A stretch of 49,134 bases of DNA from Spirochaetota bacterium (GCA_043803405.1 JAZDKB010000032.1:1-49134), one strand, 5' to 3'; shown: positions 8,736-19,627, counted from the stretch's first letter. Numbers and translations: made by a program. Notes: generated by a model not told the origin, from the letters alone.

Positions 8736-10100
8736 ATGGAAAAAATAAATATATTGCTTCTTAATGATACGCCGGATTCGGAAAATGCTGTATCCGGATT
8801 TCTTGATGCCGATATTTTTAATGTTAGTCGGATTGATAACATGAATGCTGGAACAGGACTGTCCGGTTTTACCCCGCAATTAATAATTTATAAAACCCCC
8901 AAAGATATCCGTAAAGCCGGTATCGACGATGACCTGAAAAAATTCAATCCGGATGACTCAATTCCGGTTCTTTTTATAACAGATCCCGAAACATCTGAAT
9001 CTTATCTGCTCAATCTATGCTCCGGCATATATCATCATGTGAATCTTCCGTTAAATAAAGAATTCCTGTATTCAAAACTATTCGGCATTCTGAATAAACA
9101 TATAAAGACAAATGAAGGCTTGTGCAACCTGGAAATTGAATATAACCGTATAAGTAAAAACTTAAACATCACCAATTATGAACTTTCGGCTTTTATTGTC
9201 TCAGCAATGGAGAATTCAGTTTTGTGTAATAAATCTTCAAATAACGACTTAAAATCGAAAGGTACATTTAAACAAAACGAAGAAAGCTGTGCGGGAAAAG
9301 ATAAATATTTAGTTGAGCGCGAATTATCCCTGGCTATTGAACGCAATGAATTTGTACTTCATTATCAGCCTATAATGTCGCTGAAAGATAATATCCTTTC
9401 CGGATTCGAAGCCCTTGTACGATGGAATCATCCTGAGAAGGGACTCATCTTCCCGGATGATTTTATTCCTGTTCTGGAGAATTCCCCTTTGATTATACCG
9501 GCCGGTTTTATTATAATTGAAAATGCAGCAAAACAATTAAAAGAATGGCAGAAAAAATTCGATGCCCGCATAAGGATGAGCATTAATCTGTCACCGAGGC
9601 AGTTTGTTCACGAGCCTTTATGTGAAAGGATTTTTAAAATTATAGACTCTTATGCGTTACACCACGAAGATATCACTTTTGAAGTTACGGAAACGGCCTT
9701 TACCGAAGATATGGAAACTGCAAATATTACTCTGCTCAAATTAAGGTCACAAAAGTTTAAAATAAATCTTGATGATTTCGGCACAGGTTACTCCTCAATG
9801 ATGTACCTTGTTCATTTTCCTGTTGACTCGATCAAAATAGACAAATCGTTCGTAAAGTGGATGAATGTTGATGAAACAAGCGAGCAGATTGTGAAATCTG
9901 TAATTTTCCTTGCTCATAACCTTAATATGAAAATCATTGCTGAGGGCGTAGAAACGTCCGAACATCTTGCAAAACTTACGGAATACGGCGCCGACTTTTT
10001 GCAGGGATACTATTATGCGAAGCCTTTAGCTCCTGAAAAAGCAGAGGAGTATATTGAAAAATTTTATAAAAAAGTCTCTTCTCATCAATCATCGATTTAA
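8736..10100 (+). CDS. EAL-domain c-di-GMP phosphodiesterase with degenerate receiver-like N-terminus
   Basis: LHYQPI, FEALVRW, EVTE, DDFGTGYSS, KIDKSF, AEGVE, QGY. Confidence 0.9.
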   Translation: MEKINILLLNDTPDSENAVSGFLDADIFNVSRIDNMNAGTGLSGFTPQLIIYKTPKDIRKAGIDDDLKKFNPDDSIPVLFITDPETSESYLLNLCSGIYHHVNLPLNKEFLYSKLFGILNKHIKTNEGLCNLEIEYNRISKNLNITNYELSAFIVSAMENSVLCNKSSNNDLKSKGTFKQNEESCAGKDKYLVERELSLAIERNEFVLHYQPIMSLKDNILSGFEALVRWNHPEKGLIFPDDFIPVLENSPLIIPAGFIIIENAAKQLKEWQKKFDARIRMSINLSPRQFVHEPLCERIFKIIDSYALHHEDITFEVTETAFTEDMETANITLLKLRSQKFKINLDDFGTGYSSMMYLVHFPVDSIKIDKSFVKWMNVDETSEQIVKSVIFLAHNLNMKIIAEGVETSEHLAKLTEYGADFLQGYYYAKPLAPEKAEEYIEKFYKKVSSHQSSI

Positions 10101-10185
10101 ATCTTTCATAGAATTAAAAAAATGCCGATTATTACTAATAATACAAATAAATTAACCTTTGAGCGGATTGATTTTTTATATAACT

Positions 10186-11109
10186 ATGATTAAAAAACCG
10201 ACTAAACTAATACCTAAATACAGAAAGCTTATTGAAGGACTCAGAAATTCGGAAAACAGATACCAGGCTCTTTTCGAACAATCAAGGGATGCTATTATAA
10301 TTACTTCCCCGGAAGGGAAATTCATTGATATTAATCAATCCGCACTTGATCTTTTCGGCTATGACAGAGATGAATTAATGGGAAATAGTGTTTACCTTAT
10401 TTATGCAAACTATAATGACAGAAAGTATTTTATAAAAGAAATTTTAAAACAGGAATATGTAAGAAACTTTGAAGTAAAATTAAAGAAAAAAAGCGGAGTT
10501 GAAATGGATTGTTTATTTACATTTTCAATAAGACGTTCCGCAAATAATAAGATTCTTGAATATCAGGGCATAATCCGCGACATAACAGCCACAAAGCAAA
10601 TGGAAAAGAAACTGCTCGAGATGTCCATTATAGACGATCTTACAGGGCTTTATAACAGGCGCGGACTTTTTATTATGGCAGATCAGCATCTTAAAGTCGC
10701 AAAAAGGATGAAGAATGAGATATACTGCATTTTTGTTGATATAGATTCCATGAAGTTAATTAACGACACTTTCGGGCACCCGGCCGGCGATAGCGCACTT
10801 AAAGCTGCTGCCAATTTTTTACGAGGCACATTCAGGGAGTCGGACATTATTTCACGCTACGGCGGGGACGAGTTTCTGGTTTTAACATTACATGACGCTG
10901 AAAACAAGGAAAACATCCTGGCACGGTTTAACCAGACTCTCAAATTCAGTACACTTGACCGCGATAGACAGTATAACTTTTCATTAAGCGCAGGCATATC
11001 AACATATAAACCGGGAACAGATAATACACTGGAAGAGATCATCTCGGAAGCTGATATATTGATGTATAAAAACAAAAAAGATAAAAAAAATAACCCTCTG
11101 ACTATTTAA
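10186..11109 (+). CDS. PAS-GGDEF diguanylate cyclase
   Basis: PAS domain, DDLTGLYNRR, RESD I-site, RYGGDEF. Confidence 0.92.
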   Translation: MIKKPTKLIPKYRKLIEGLRNSENRYQALFEQSRDAIIITSPEGKFIDINQSALDLFGYDRDELMGNSVYLIYANYNDRKYFIKEILKQEYVRNFEVKLKKKSGVEMDCLFTFSIRRSANNKILEYQGIIRDITATKQMEKKLLEMSIIDDLTGLYNRRGLFIMADQHLKVAKRMKNEIYCIFVDIDSMKLINDTFGHPAGDSALKAAANFLRGTFRESDIISRYGGDEFLVLTLHDAENKENILARFNQTLKFSTLDRDRQYNFSLSAGISTYKPGTDNTLEEIISEADILMYKNKKDKKNNPLTI

Positions 11110-11255
11110 TTTTCTTCTCAAATCAAATTAGCTTGCTTAAAAAATATCCCGGCATAATAATATCCGTTTAGCTCATTCCGGAATGCCAAGTGAAATAGAC
11201 TCTAAGAGTGCATCCAAAACCTATATAACACTATTTTGTTTTTCGAGACAGTAAT

Positions 11256-13952
11256 ATGAAAAAAAAGTTGTTTGTAATAGACGGCCATGCGCTGTGTTAC
11301 AGGGCGTATTACGCTTTTATCAATAATCCGTTAAAAAACTCGAAAGGGCAGAATACTTCTGCGATATTCGGTTTTGCCCGGATGTTGTTTAAGCTTCTGA
11401 ACGATCAACACCCCGACTATCTTATTGCTGCGTTCGATCCGCCGAAGAAATCCTTCAGGTTCAAGCTGTACCCTGAGTACAAGGCAAAGCGGCAAAAGAT
11501 GCCCGAAGACCTCCGGCCGCAGATCGAGGAGATAAAGCACATGCTAAGTGTGCTGGGCGTGCTAAGCATTGAGCACGCAGATTACGAAGCGGACGACGTG
11601 CTCGGCACGATCGCTGCGAAGTATGCGTCGAATGAAATGGATGTTGTGCTTGTTACAGGCGACAAGGACGCGTATCAGCTTGTGAACGAAAACGTAAAGA
11701 TATACGCCAACAAAAAAGGCATTGCGGATTTCGAACTTATGGACAGGGAGAAAGTAATCGATAAGCTTGGGCTGACGCCAGAGCAGGTTATAGATTACAT
11801 GGCTCTCATGGGTGACGCTTCGGACAACATCCCCGGGGTAAGCGGCGTGGGCGAAAAAACCGCGCTTAAATTAATAAGCGAATATGCTACGCTCGACAAC
11901 CTGTACGCGCACGTAAACAACATCAAAGGCAAGGTTAAAGAATACCTGTCGGATAAAAAAGACATGGCCTATTTAAGCAAAGACCTTGTCACAATACGCA
12001 CAAATGTCCCTATTGAAATAAATCTTAAAGAGGCAAAAATACCAGAGCTGAAATCCGAAAGCGCGAAAAAATATTTTACTGAAATGGAAATGGCATCTCT
12101 TGTAGATGATTTTGCCGGAGAAAAAACAAAAAGCAATAACAGGAAAGAAGAGAAAAAAAATTATCTTACAATTAAAAACACAAAAGATATTAAAGAAGTA
12201 ATCGGCCGGATTTACGAACACGGCGAAGTCTGCGTCGATACTGAAACAACTTCGCTTAATCCTATGGACGCAGAGCTTGTCGGGGTCTCATTATCCGTTA
12301 AAGAAAACGAAGGCTGGTACATCCCTGTTTACAGCCAAAGCCTGTTCGACAGCGAAGACATTGACGGTGCCGTACTTCTAAAAACGCTTAAGCCGATGTT
12401 CGAGGATGCTAAAATAAAAAAGATCGGGCAGAACATCAAGTACGACCTTCTTGTGCTGAAGAACGCAGGCATTGAAATGAAAAATATTTTTTTCGACACA
12501 ATGATTGCAGCTTACCTGATCGATCCCGAAAGCCGCGTCAGCATGGACGACCTTGCGGAAAGATATTTGAGCTACAAGACCATACACTACGAGGAGCTGG
12601 TCGGCAAAGGCAAAAACGCCCTTTCAATTGCCGAGGTGCCTGTTGAAAAGGTCGCTGAATACGCTATCGAGGACGCGGACATCACCTACCGTCTTTATAA
12701 ACTTCTTAAAAGAAAATTGGAAGAGAATGAACTGGAAAAACTTTTTTATGATATTGAAATGCCGCTTGTGTCCGTCCTTGCCATTATGGAGTGGAACGGC
12801 GTAAAGATAGACACAGCCAGGTTCGCGGAGCTGAACAGCGAAAACCAGAAGATGCTGGACAGTGTAGAAAAAAAGATATACGGTCTTGCAGGACAAAAGT
12901 TCAACATAAATTCAACGCGCGAGCTAGCTGCAATTCTTTTCGACAAGCTCGGCCTTAAGCCTGTGCGCAAAATAAAGACCGGATTCTCAACCGACATTCG
13001 GGTGCTGGAAGAACTGAAAGGCAGGCACGAGATCATTGAGCATTTGATATCGTACAGGACGCTTGCAAAGCTGAAGAACACTTACATCGAAAAGCTGCCG
13101 CAGATCATCTCTCCGAAAACCGGGCGTATACACACATCGTATAACCAGACCATTACTGCAACAGGACGCCTCTCATCATCCAATCCGAATCTACAGAATA
13201 TTCCCATAAGAGACGAGTTCGGGAAAAAGATACGCAGCGCGTTTGTTGCCCCCAATGGCCACGTACTCATCTCTGCAGACTATTCGCAAATTGAGCTGCG
13301 GCTTGCCGCGCATTTTTCCTGCGACAAAAACATGACAGAGGCTTTTAAAAACAACATCGATATTCATAGCCTCACTGCTTCGTCCGTTTTCAATGTATCG
13401 ATCGATTCTGTTACACCGGATATGCGTCGGCAGGCAAAGATCATCAACTTTGCAACGATTTACGGCGTGTCGCCGTTCGGACTTTCGCAGCAGGCGGATA
13501 TCGACGTTCACCAGGCTGCGGATTTTATTAAGAAATATTTTGAAACCTATCCCGGATTTAAAAAATATATTGATGATACTGTCGCTTTTGCGAAAGAACA
13601 CGGCTTTGTAAAAACACTTCTGGGCCGCAAACGCTATGTGCCGGATATTATATCCGAAAATAATTTCCGCAAGGAAGGCGCTGTACGCATAGCGATCAAC
13701 ATGCCAATTCAGGGTACTGCTGCGGACATGATAAAGATCGCCATGATAAACATTCAGAAAACCATTGACGACAAAGGCTACAAGGCAAAAATGATTTTAC
13801 AGGTTCATGACGAACTTGTGCTCGAAACGCCCACAGACGAAAAAGAGCTCATTGCAGAGCTCATCAGAAAAGAAATGGAAGGCGCAGTAAAACTGAGTGT
13901 GCCTGCAACAGTAGACATAGCAGCAGGCAAAAACTGGGATGAAGCGCATTAG
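11256..13952 (+). CDS. polA: DNA polymerase I
   Basis: 5'-3' exonuclease (IDGHA..YRAYYA, EADD), 3'-5' exonuclease DTET, TGRLSSSNPNLQNIP, DYSQIELR, QVHDELV. Confidence 0.98.
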   Translation: MKKKLFVIDGHALCYRAYYAFINNPLKNSKGQNTSAIFGFARMLFKLLNDQHPDYLIAAFDPPKKSFRFKLYPEYKAKRQKMPEDLRPQIEEIKHMLSVLGVLSIEHADYEADDVLGTIAAKYASNEMDVVLVTGDKDAYQLVNENVKIYANKKGIADFELMDREKVIDKLGLTPEQVIDYMALMGDASDNIPGVSGVGEKTALKLISEYATLDNLYAHVNNIKGKVKEYLSDKKDMAYLSKDLVTIRTNVPIEINLKEAKIPELKSESAKKYFTEMEMASLVDDFAGEKTKSNNRKEEKKNYLTIKNTKDIKEVIGRIYEHGEVCVDTETTSLNPMDAELVGVSLSVKENEGWYIPVYSQSLFDSEDIDGAVLLKTLKPMFEDAKIKKIGQNIKYDLLVLKNAGIEMKNIFFDTMIAAYLIDPESRVSMDDLAERYLSYKTIHYEELVGKGKNALSIAEVPVEKVAEYAIEDADITYRLYKLLKRKLEENELEKLFYDIEMPLVSVLAIMEWNGVKIDTARFAELNSENQKMLDSVEKKIYGLAGQKFNINSTRELAAILFDKLGLKPVRKIKTGFSTDIRVLEELKGRHEIIEHLISYRTLAKLKNTYIEKLPQIISPKTGRIHTSYNQTITATGRLSSSNPNLQNIPIRDEFGKKIRSAFVAPNGHVLISADYSQIELRLAAHFSCDKNMTEAFKNNIDIHSLTASSVFNVSIDSVTPDMRRQAKIINFATIYGVSPFGLSQQADIDVHQAADFIKKYFETYPGFKKYIDDTVAFAKEHGFVKTLLGRKRYVPDIISENNFRKEGAVRIAINMPIQGTAADMIKIAMINIQKTIDDKGYKAKMILQVHDELVLETPTDEKELIAELIRKEMEGAVKLSVPATVDIAAGKNWDEAH

Positions 13953-14000
13953 GATGGCAAATGGCAGGGAGCAGCCGGAAATGCAAAAACGGAAAAATTT

Positions 14001-14462
14001 TTAATGTATCCAGCTCTCAATAAACTTAACAAATCTTTTTAAGCCATTAATATGAGTGCCGATATATAAGGCGGCATAAGCCGTAATAACGGAACCAAGC
14101 ACCATAAAGAGCGGAACTTCAAGCACGCTGCCGAAATGCGTCTTAAGCCATATTAATGAATCGCTGTATGATACAAGAAATATACTGGCAAAGATAACAC
14201 TGCCGGTAGAAATCCATTTTGCGGAGGAGATATTTTTCCCATAAAACATATCGGACTTTGATATTGCAAGCATAACCGATTCAGTTATATCTTTAGACAT
14301 AACAAACGGAGAGGTTGTACGTGCTAATACGAAAGCCTTTTGCATCTCCCTGACCTCTTTTCTGCATTTGGAGCAAAAAGCGATATGCATCCTTATTAAA
14401 AAAGCAGGATACCTGCTGTCGTCCTGGTTTATAAAATCAGCAATGGCTTTTTCACATTTCAT
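14001..14462 (-). CDS. Putative membrane anti-sigma factor (zinc-binding HxxxCxxC)
   Basis: MKC...HIAFCSKC plus two TM segments; overlaps the ECF sigma gene. Confidence 0.7.
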   Translation of the reverse strand: MKCEKAIADFINQDDSRYPAFLIRMHIAFCSKCRKEVREMQKAFVLARTTSPFVMSKDITESVMLAISKSDMFYGKNISSAKWISTGSVIFASIFLVSYSDSLIWLKTHFGSVLEVPLFMVLGSVITAYAALYIGTHINGLKRFVKFIESWIH

Positions 14463-15012
14463 TGTAATCCTCCGCAATGCTTCCCCGAAGCTTATCCCTT
14501 AAGATTTGTTTCGCGCGAAGCACGTTCGATTTTATTGTATTTACAGGATAACCTGTAATTTCCTCAATTTCAGCGTATTTGAATCCCATAAAAAAATAAA
14601 GATCAACGCATACCCTGTACTGATCGGGCAAAGCATCCACTGCGCTGCGCAGCTTGTCTCTCAGTTCTCCCTTAACAAGGCTTTGCTCGGGTGTTTGCTC
14701 GCCGGAAACAGAATCTTCAAATACTACTGATTCTATCTTTTTCGCCTTTATTAAATTAATACCGTAGTTGTACGCAATCCTTATTAACCATGCGCGGAAA
14801 GTCGCCTTCCCGTTAAATGATTTCAGTTCGTTATAAACTTTAAAAAAAACATCCTGCACAAAATCATTTGAATCATCGGCGTTTCTGAAAAACCTCATTC
14901 CAATACTGTAAATATATGACTGATACCGTTTAACTACAATCCCAAAGCTCTCAGTATCGCCCTTTAATACCCGCCGTACAACCCATTCATCTGAGTATAT
15001 ATCATTCAGCAT
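14452..15012 (-). CDS. ECF RNA polymerase sigma-70 factor
   Basis: DFVQDVF, F.GKATFRAWLIRIAYN (region 2); LPDQYR...Y.EI...G.PVNTIKS..RAK (region 4). Confidence 0.93.
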   Translation of the reverse strand: MLNDIYSDEWVVRRVLKGDTESFGIVVKRYQSYIYSIGMRFFRNADDSNDFVQDVFFKVYNELKSFNGKATFRAWLIRIAYNYGINLIKAKKIESVVFEDSVSGEQTPEQSLVKGELRDKLRSAVDALPDQYRVCVDLYFFMGFKYAEIEEITGYPVNTIKSNVLRAKQILRDKLRGSIAEDYNEM

Positions 15013-15103
15013 TTCTTTTATTTATGGCACAGATCAAAACTTATTTATTATAAAGTTTTTTTTGAATAAGTATAATAATTATACTTATCTCTCATCTGTA
15101 CAG

Positions 15104-15442
15104 CTATTTTTTATGCCAAATAATGCGAATAATATAATAACATATCAAACTGATACCGCACGACAGCGGTATAATGCCGCTAAGTAAACTGTAAGCGAAT
15201 CCTTCTTTAACAAGAAAAAATATCGTTAAGCAAAGACCTATGCCGAAAAGAAGGAGGCCTGTAAAAATACTGAAAATGCCAAGATCAAAATTGATCCTTT
15301 TTGTTATCCCCTTCTCAATCATAAGCATCTTTTCTTTATGATTATAAAATAAATAAAAGAAAATAACAATAGCCCCCATAACAATGCCGACAATAGGTAT
15401 CACTGTCACTATTATCTGGGCAGAAGTTGACGGTGTTTGCAT
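15104..15442 (-). CDS. Small membrane protein (DUF6249-like) upstream of ECF sigma
   Basis: TM helix, HKEKMLMIEKG motif, two further TM helices. Confidence 0.65.
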   Translation of the reverse strand: MQTPSTSAQIIVTVIPIVGIVMGAIVIFFYLFYNHKEKMLMIEKGITKRINFDLGIFSIFTGLLLFGIGLCLTIFFLVKEGFAYSLLSGIIPLSCGISLICYYIIRIIWHKK

Positions 15443-15462
15443 TTAGCGCTCCTATAATAGAT

Positions 15463-15564
15463 CGCCCTCACCTAAGCTCACCCCCCAACCCCTCTTATAA
15501 AAAAAAGGAGAGGGAGAGAATTCCTCCTTCTCCTTTGGGAGAAAAGAGTCAGGGTGATCAGGTT
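15463..15564. repeat. REP-like element(s): CTCACCCCCCAACCCCTCT...GGAGAGGG plus an inverted copy related to 2436-2502
   Basis: Hairpin CCCTCT/AGAGGG and sequence shared with the element after cysE. Confidence 0.55.
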
Positions 15565-15578
15565 TTAGAGATGACCTT

Positions 15579-17342
15579 TTAATTACCTTCTCTTTTATCC
15601 GGGAAATGCAGTTTTTCTTTCCACTGGGAAATATGCGAATCGCAATATTTCTCAAATTTATTCAACCTTTCATTTAAATATATCTGCATATCACGGTTCA
15701 TTTGTCTGTATTTTTTTCCGGTTGTAACTTGCATCTCGGATTTATATTTTTCCATCTTTGAAGCAATCAATGTATTGCCTTTATGTAATATTTCAGCTAT
15801 TTCTTCTCTTAAATTGCTCATACGCTCTTCGAGCATTGCTGAAAATTCTTCGGCTTTGATAATTTCGTGCGTTATCCTGAAAAAATGGTAACCTTTAACT
15901 GCAAGATTAACAGCTTGCGAAAACATCACTCTTCTATGAATAAGCACTTTAATTAAAAATTTAAAATAAATTAAGCCGTAGCTGGAAAAACCCTGTTTAA
16001 TGAGAGATAGAACCAGGGCTTTAAAATCGTCCCAGTACAATTTTCTTGTAGAAACTTGTATTTGCGGCAATCGATTAAGGAGAGTATAACATCTTTCAAA
16101 ATAATTACGCGGATTATATATTTCGGATATTATATGTTTATATCCTTTAAAAAGCTTTTCCTTAGGCATTTTTGGAATAAAGTTTAGCTCAAAATCGTGT
16201 GTGTTATTGCCTTTCAGTTCGCCTGTGAGACGCCCTTCAGACATAAGCCTTCTGTAGAGCTGAGTGTTCGGAAGCGCTGTGAGCAAACCGATCATTGCAG
16301 TCGGAATGGCTGCTTTCTGTATAAAGTCAATCTGCATTTCAAAAATATTTTCCGGATCGGAGTCGAATCCTACAATGAATCCGCCGTATACTTCAATCCC
16401 CCTCTTCTGAATCTTTATCACGTTTTCAAGAATATCTTCTCTAAGGTTCTGCTTTTTCTGGGTTAACGCCAGCGTAGCGGCATCCGGAGATTCAATACCG
16501 ACGAACACTGCAAAAAAAGCAGCCTCTGCCATTAAATCGAGCAGTTCGTCATCATGCGAAAGATTTATACTTGCTTCAGTAAATAAGTAGAAAGGAAAAT
16601 TTCTTTCCTTTTGCCATACAATAATTGCCCTTAAAAGGTCCTTCACCTTTGTTTTATTACCGATAAAATTATCGTCTACAATAAATAAAGATCCCCGAAA
16701 TCCCGTATTGTATACTGCTTCCATTTCGCTTATAAATTGCTCTGTCTCTTTTGAACGCTGGGTTCTGCCAAGCATCTCGATAATATCGCAGAATTCGCAG
16801 TTAAACGGGCATCCGCGCGAATACTGAAGCGCTAAAAAAGCGTAATCATTTACATTCGGGATAATATCCAGTCTTGGAGCCGGCGTTTTTGTTATATCCG
16901 GTTTAATATCTGTAGTGTAAATTTTTTTCGGCGAACCGTTCTCGAAATCCTTTATAAATTCAGGCAAAGTTACTTCCGCTTCGTTCAGTATAAAATAATC
17001 GACTCCTTCAATTTCCTTGTAGGAAGACGAAGGATAAGGCCCGCCAGCTGCAACCGGGGTTTTGCATTTTTTGCAAAGCTTTATTACATCAGCAAACGAA
17101 TTTTTCTGAACAATCATGGCAGATACGAAAACAATATCGGCATCTTTAACAGCCTGCTCGGTAAGCTCGCTTACGTTCATATCTACCAGCTTAAGATTAT
17201 AATTGTCAGGCAACAGAGCTGCCACTGTCATAAGCCCCAGGGGAGGCATGGTCGACTTTTTATTTATGAATGGCATTGCGTATTTAAAGCTCCAGTAAGT
17301 TGTAGGTATTTCCGGATATACTAGTAGCACATTATGTTTCAT
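15579..17342 (-). CDS. B12-binding radical SAM protein with DUF4070-like C-terminus
   Basis: PPLGLMTVAA, SAMIVQ, GGPY, SRGCPFNCEFC, VDDNFIGN, GFIVGFDSD. Confidence 0.9.
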   Translation of the reverse strand: MKHNVLLVYPEIPTTYWSFKYAMPFINKKSTMPPLGLMTVAALLPDNYNLKLVDMNVSELTEQAVKDADIVFVSAMIVQKNSFADVIKLCKKCKTPVAAGGPYPSSSYKEIEGVDYFILNEAEVTLPEFIKDFENGSPKKIYTTDIKPDITKTPAPRLDIIPNVNDYAFLALQYSRGCPFNCEFCDIIEMLGRTQRSKETEQFISEMEAVYNTGFRGSLFIVDDNFIGNKTKVKDLLRAIIVWQKERNFPFYLFTEASINLSHDDELLDLMAEAAFFAVFVGIESPDAATLALTQKKQNLREDILENVIKIQKRGIEVYGGFIVGFDSDPENIFEMQIDFIQKAAIPTAMIGLLTALPNTQLYRRLMSEGRLTGELKGNNTHDFELNFIPKMPKEKLFKGYKHIISEIYNPRNYFERCYTLLNRLPQIQVSTRKLYWDDFKALVLSLIKQGFSSYGLIYFKFLIKVLIHRRVMFSQAVNLAVKGYHFFRITHEIIKAEEFSAMLEERMSNLREEIAEILHKGNTLIASKMEKYKSEMQVTTGKKYRQMNRDMQIYLNERLNKFEKYCDSHISQWKEKLHFPDKREGN

Positions 17343-17463
17343 GATTTTTTGCCTTCGTTGTGATTGATTAACAATAAGAAATTGATAGCAGGTGATCTAT
17401 ACACAAAAAGACAATAATAGGGTGATTAAGTTGCAAAAAAATATATCTTGAAGATAAACAACA

Positions 17464-17501
17464 AAGGCACAGAAACGCTGCAAAAACCGCATCTGTGCCT
17501 T
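17464..17501 (-). terminator. Stem-loop downstream of ilvC
   Basis: AAGGCACAGA...TCTGTGCCTT 10-bp arms. Confidence 0.55.
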
Positions 17502-17540
17502 ATAATACTTTTTAAAAATATCTATTAAAACTATAGAAGA

Positions 17541-18536
17541 TTACTTCGCGTCAATCCATTTCATCATTTTGCGAAGTTCAGCCCCGACTTTCTCTATCTG
17601 GTGATTCTTTCCTTCTTCTTTCATCTTATTGAAATTGGGTCTGCCCTTCTCGTTTTCTTCGATCCACTGTTTCGCAAAAGAACCGTTCTGAACATTCGTT
17701 AAAAGCTTCTTCATTGCCTTTCTGGATTTCTTGTTAATTACCTGTTTGCCTGCAATATAATCCCCGTACTCGGCAGTATCGGATACTGAATAGCGCATAT
17801 AGTTTGCGCCGCCCTGGTAAAAGAGATCCACGATAAGCTTCAGTTCGTGCATGCACTCGAAATATGCGATCTCCGGCTGATATCCTGCCTCAACAAGCGT
17901 CTCAAACCCCGCTTTTACAAGCTCGGTCACTCCGCCGCAAAGAACTGCCTGCTCGCCGAAAAGATCGGTTTCCGTTTCTTCTTTAAATGTTGTCTCTATA
18001 ACGCCTGCTCTCGTAGCGCCTATTCCCTTCGCATAAGCAAGAGCTGTTTCCTTTGCTTTTCCGGAAGCATTGTTTTGTATAGCGATTAAGCAAGGCACGC
18101 CCGCTTTCTTCTGATATTCGCTTCTAACTAAGTGGCCGGGTCCTTTAGGCGCAACCATGATAACATCGACATTTTTCGGCGGTACAATCTGTCCGAAATG
18201 TATATTGAATCCGTGAGAGAATAAAAGTGTTTTACCTGCTTTTAAATTCGGCTCTATGTCACTTTTGTATATCTTAGCCTGAAGATGATCCTGCAATAGT
18301 ATCTGGATGATGTCCGCTTTTTGCGCTGCCTCGGCTGCCGGCATCGGCTTGAATTTATGCTTCTGAGCGAGCTTGTAATTGTCGGTTCCCGGAAGCTCGG
18401 AAACAATAACCTTGAGCCCGCTGTCGCGCAGGTTTTGCGCCTGTGCATGACCCTGGCTGCCGTATCCGATTACGGCTATAGTCTTATTCTTTATGATGCC
18501 CATATTGGCATCCTTATCATAATACATCTTTGCCAT
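17541..18536 (-). CDS. ilvC: Ketol-acid reductoisomerase
   Basis: [51 protein letters not shown]. Confidence 0.98.
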   Translation of the reverse strand: MAKMYYDKDANMGIIKNKTIAVIGYGSQGHAQAQNLRDSGLKVIVSELPGTDNYKLAQKHKFKPMPAAEAAQKADIIQILLQDHLQAKIYKSDIEPNLKAGKTLLFSHGFNIHFGQIVPPKNVDVIMVAPKGPGHLVRSEYQKKAGVPCLIAIQNNASGKAKETALAYAKGIGATRAGVIETTFKEETETDLFGEQAVLCGGVTELVKAGFETLVEAGYQPEIAYFECMHELKLIVDLFYQGGANYMRYSVSDTAEYGDYIAGKQVINKKSRKAMKKLLTNVQNGSFAKQWIEENEKGRPNFNKMKEEGKNHQIEKVGAELRKMMKWIDAK

Positions 18537-18756
18537 TTGTTTATCTCCTTAATAATATATTTTTAGCTGTTTAACATTATTCAAAAATTATTTTTCCTGT
18601 ATTTGAAACATCAATACTATTAATAAATAATGCTTTTATTGAAAAAGCAATGTCTATAAAAGAATTACAGAAAGTCAAGTTGTTTAAGATTTTTTCACAA
18701 GATGTTTTTTATCTTTTACTTGACTGGGTCTTTTTTATTGCATTTAATATCTTTAA

Positions 18757-19121
18757 ATGAAAACAAAAGATATATTAAAATTATATAACGCTATTGTTAA
18801 AAATATAAGCGGCGACTGGCTGTTGATCGGCGGTGCGCTCCTTAATGTAATGGGGATAAGCAACCGGGAAAGCGCGTATTTTCAGACCTTCAAAAAAATT
18901 ATAAAGACACATTTTATCTAAGGCATTTTGACAGCTTTAAGGCCTTATTGCTTGCGCTAAAAACGCATTACCCGTCGAAATTTAAAGAGATCGAAGATAC
19001 ATCAGAAATCAATTTTACCGAATCTTTTGATCTGAATAATATACTTGGCAGGCATATAAAACTAAGGAATATCAGCTTATATAATATAAACAAATATTTT
19101 CGCCGGAATTTTAAAACTTAA
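18757..19121 (+). pseudogene. Decayed or deleted two-gene remnant: nucleotidyltransferase-like 5' part joined out of frame to the 3' part of a second gene
   Basis: ORF 18757-18921 MKTKDILKLYNAIVKNISGDWLLIGGALLNVMGISNRE... lacks the DxD expected after GG...R; a second frame without an obvious start, open 18846-19121, reads ...RHFDSFKALLLALKTHYPSKF...GRHIKLRNISL. Confidence 0.55.
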
Positions 19122-19153
19122 TAATAAGATTACAGATTACAATTTTCTGTTTC

Positions 19154-19627
19154 TCATCCTTTAAGCATTGATATTCTTCCGCTTCTTATCAGTTCCTTTA
19201 TTCCATAAGGCCTCAACAATTCGATTAAATTATCAATAGTCTCAGGATCGGAGTCAACAGATAATGTCATGCTTTTCTGGCTCATATCCACGATTTCAGC
19301 CTTGAACATCTGCGCAAGCTGAAATACTTCCGCCCTCTTGGAAGGCGCAATATTTACCTTGATAAGCACAAGTTCGCGCTGTATGGATTTAAAGTCCGCA
19401 TGATCCGTTATTTTTATTACATCGATCAGCTTGTTAAGCTGTTTCTTTACCTGCTCAATTATTTTGTCATCTCCCTTAACTACTATGGTAATTATAGAAA
19501 CATTGTGCTGTTCGGTTTCGTTTACAGTCAGTGAATCTATGTTATAGCCTCTTGCCGAGAAAAGGCCTGCCACCCTGGCCAGAACCCCGGCCTTGTTTTC
19601 AACGCTTACTGATATTACGTGTCTCAT
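19154..19627 (-). CDS. ilvN: Acetolactate synthase small (regulatory) subunit
   Basis: ENKAGVLARVAGLFSARGYNIDSL, EQVKKQLNKLIDV. Confidence 0.96.
   Translation of the reverse strand: MRHVISVSVENKAGVLARVAGLFSARGYNIDSLTVNETEQHNVSIITIVVKGDDKIIEQVKKQLNKLIDVIKITDHADFKSIQRELVLIKVNIAPSKRAEVFQLAQMFKAEIVDMSQKSMTLSVDSDPETIDNLIELLRPYGIKELIRSGRISMLKG

Noticed and set aside
15452..15655. 67-aa ORF
   Set aside because: Translation of the REP-like element overlapping the radical SAM gene end.
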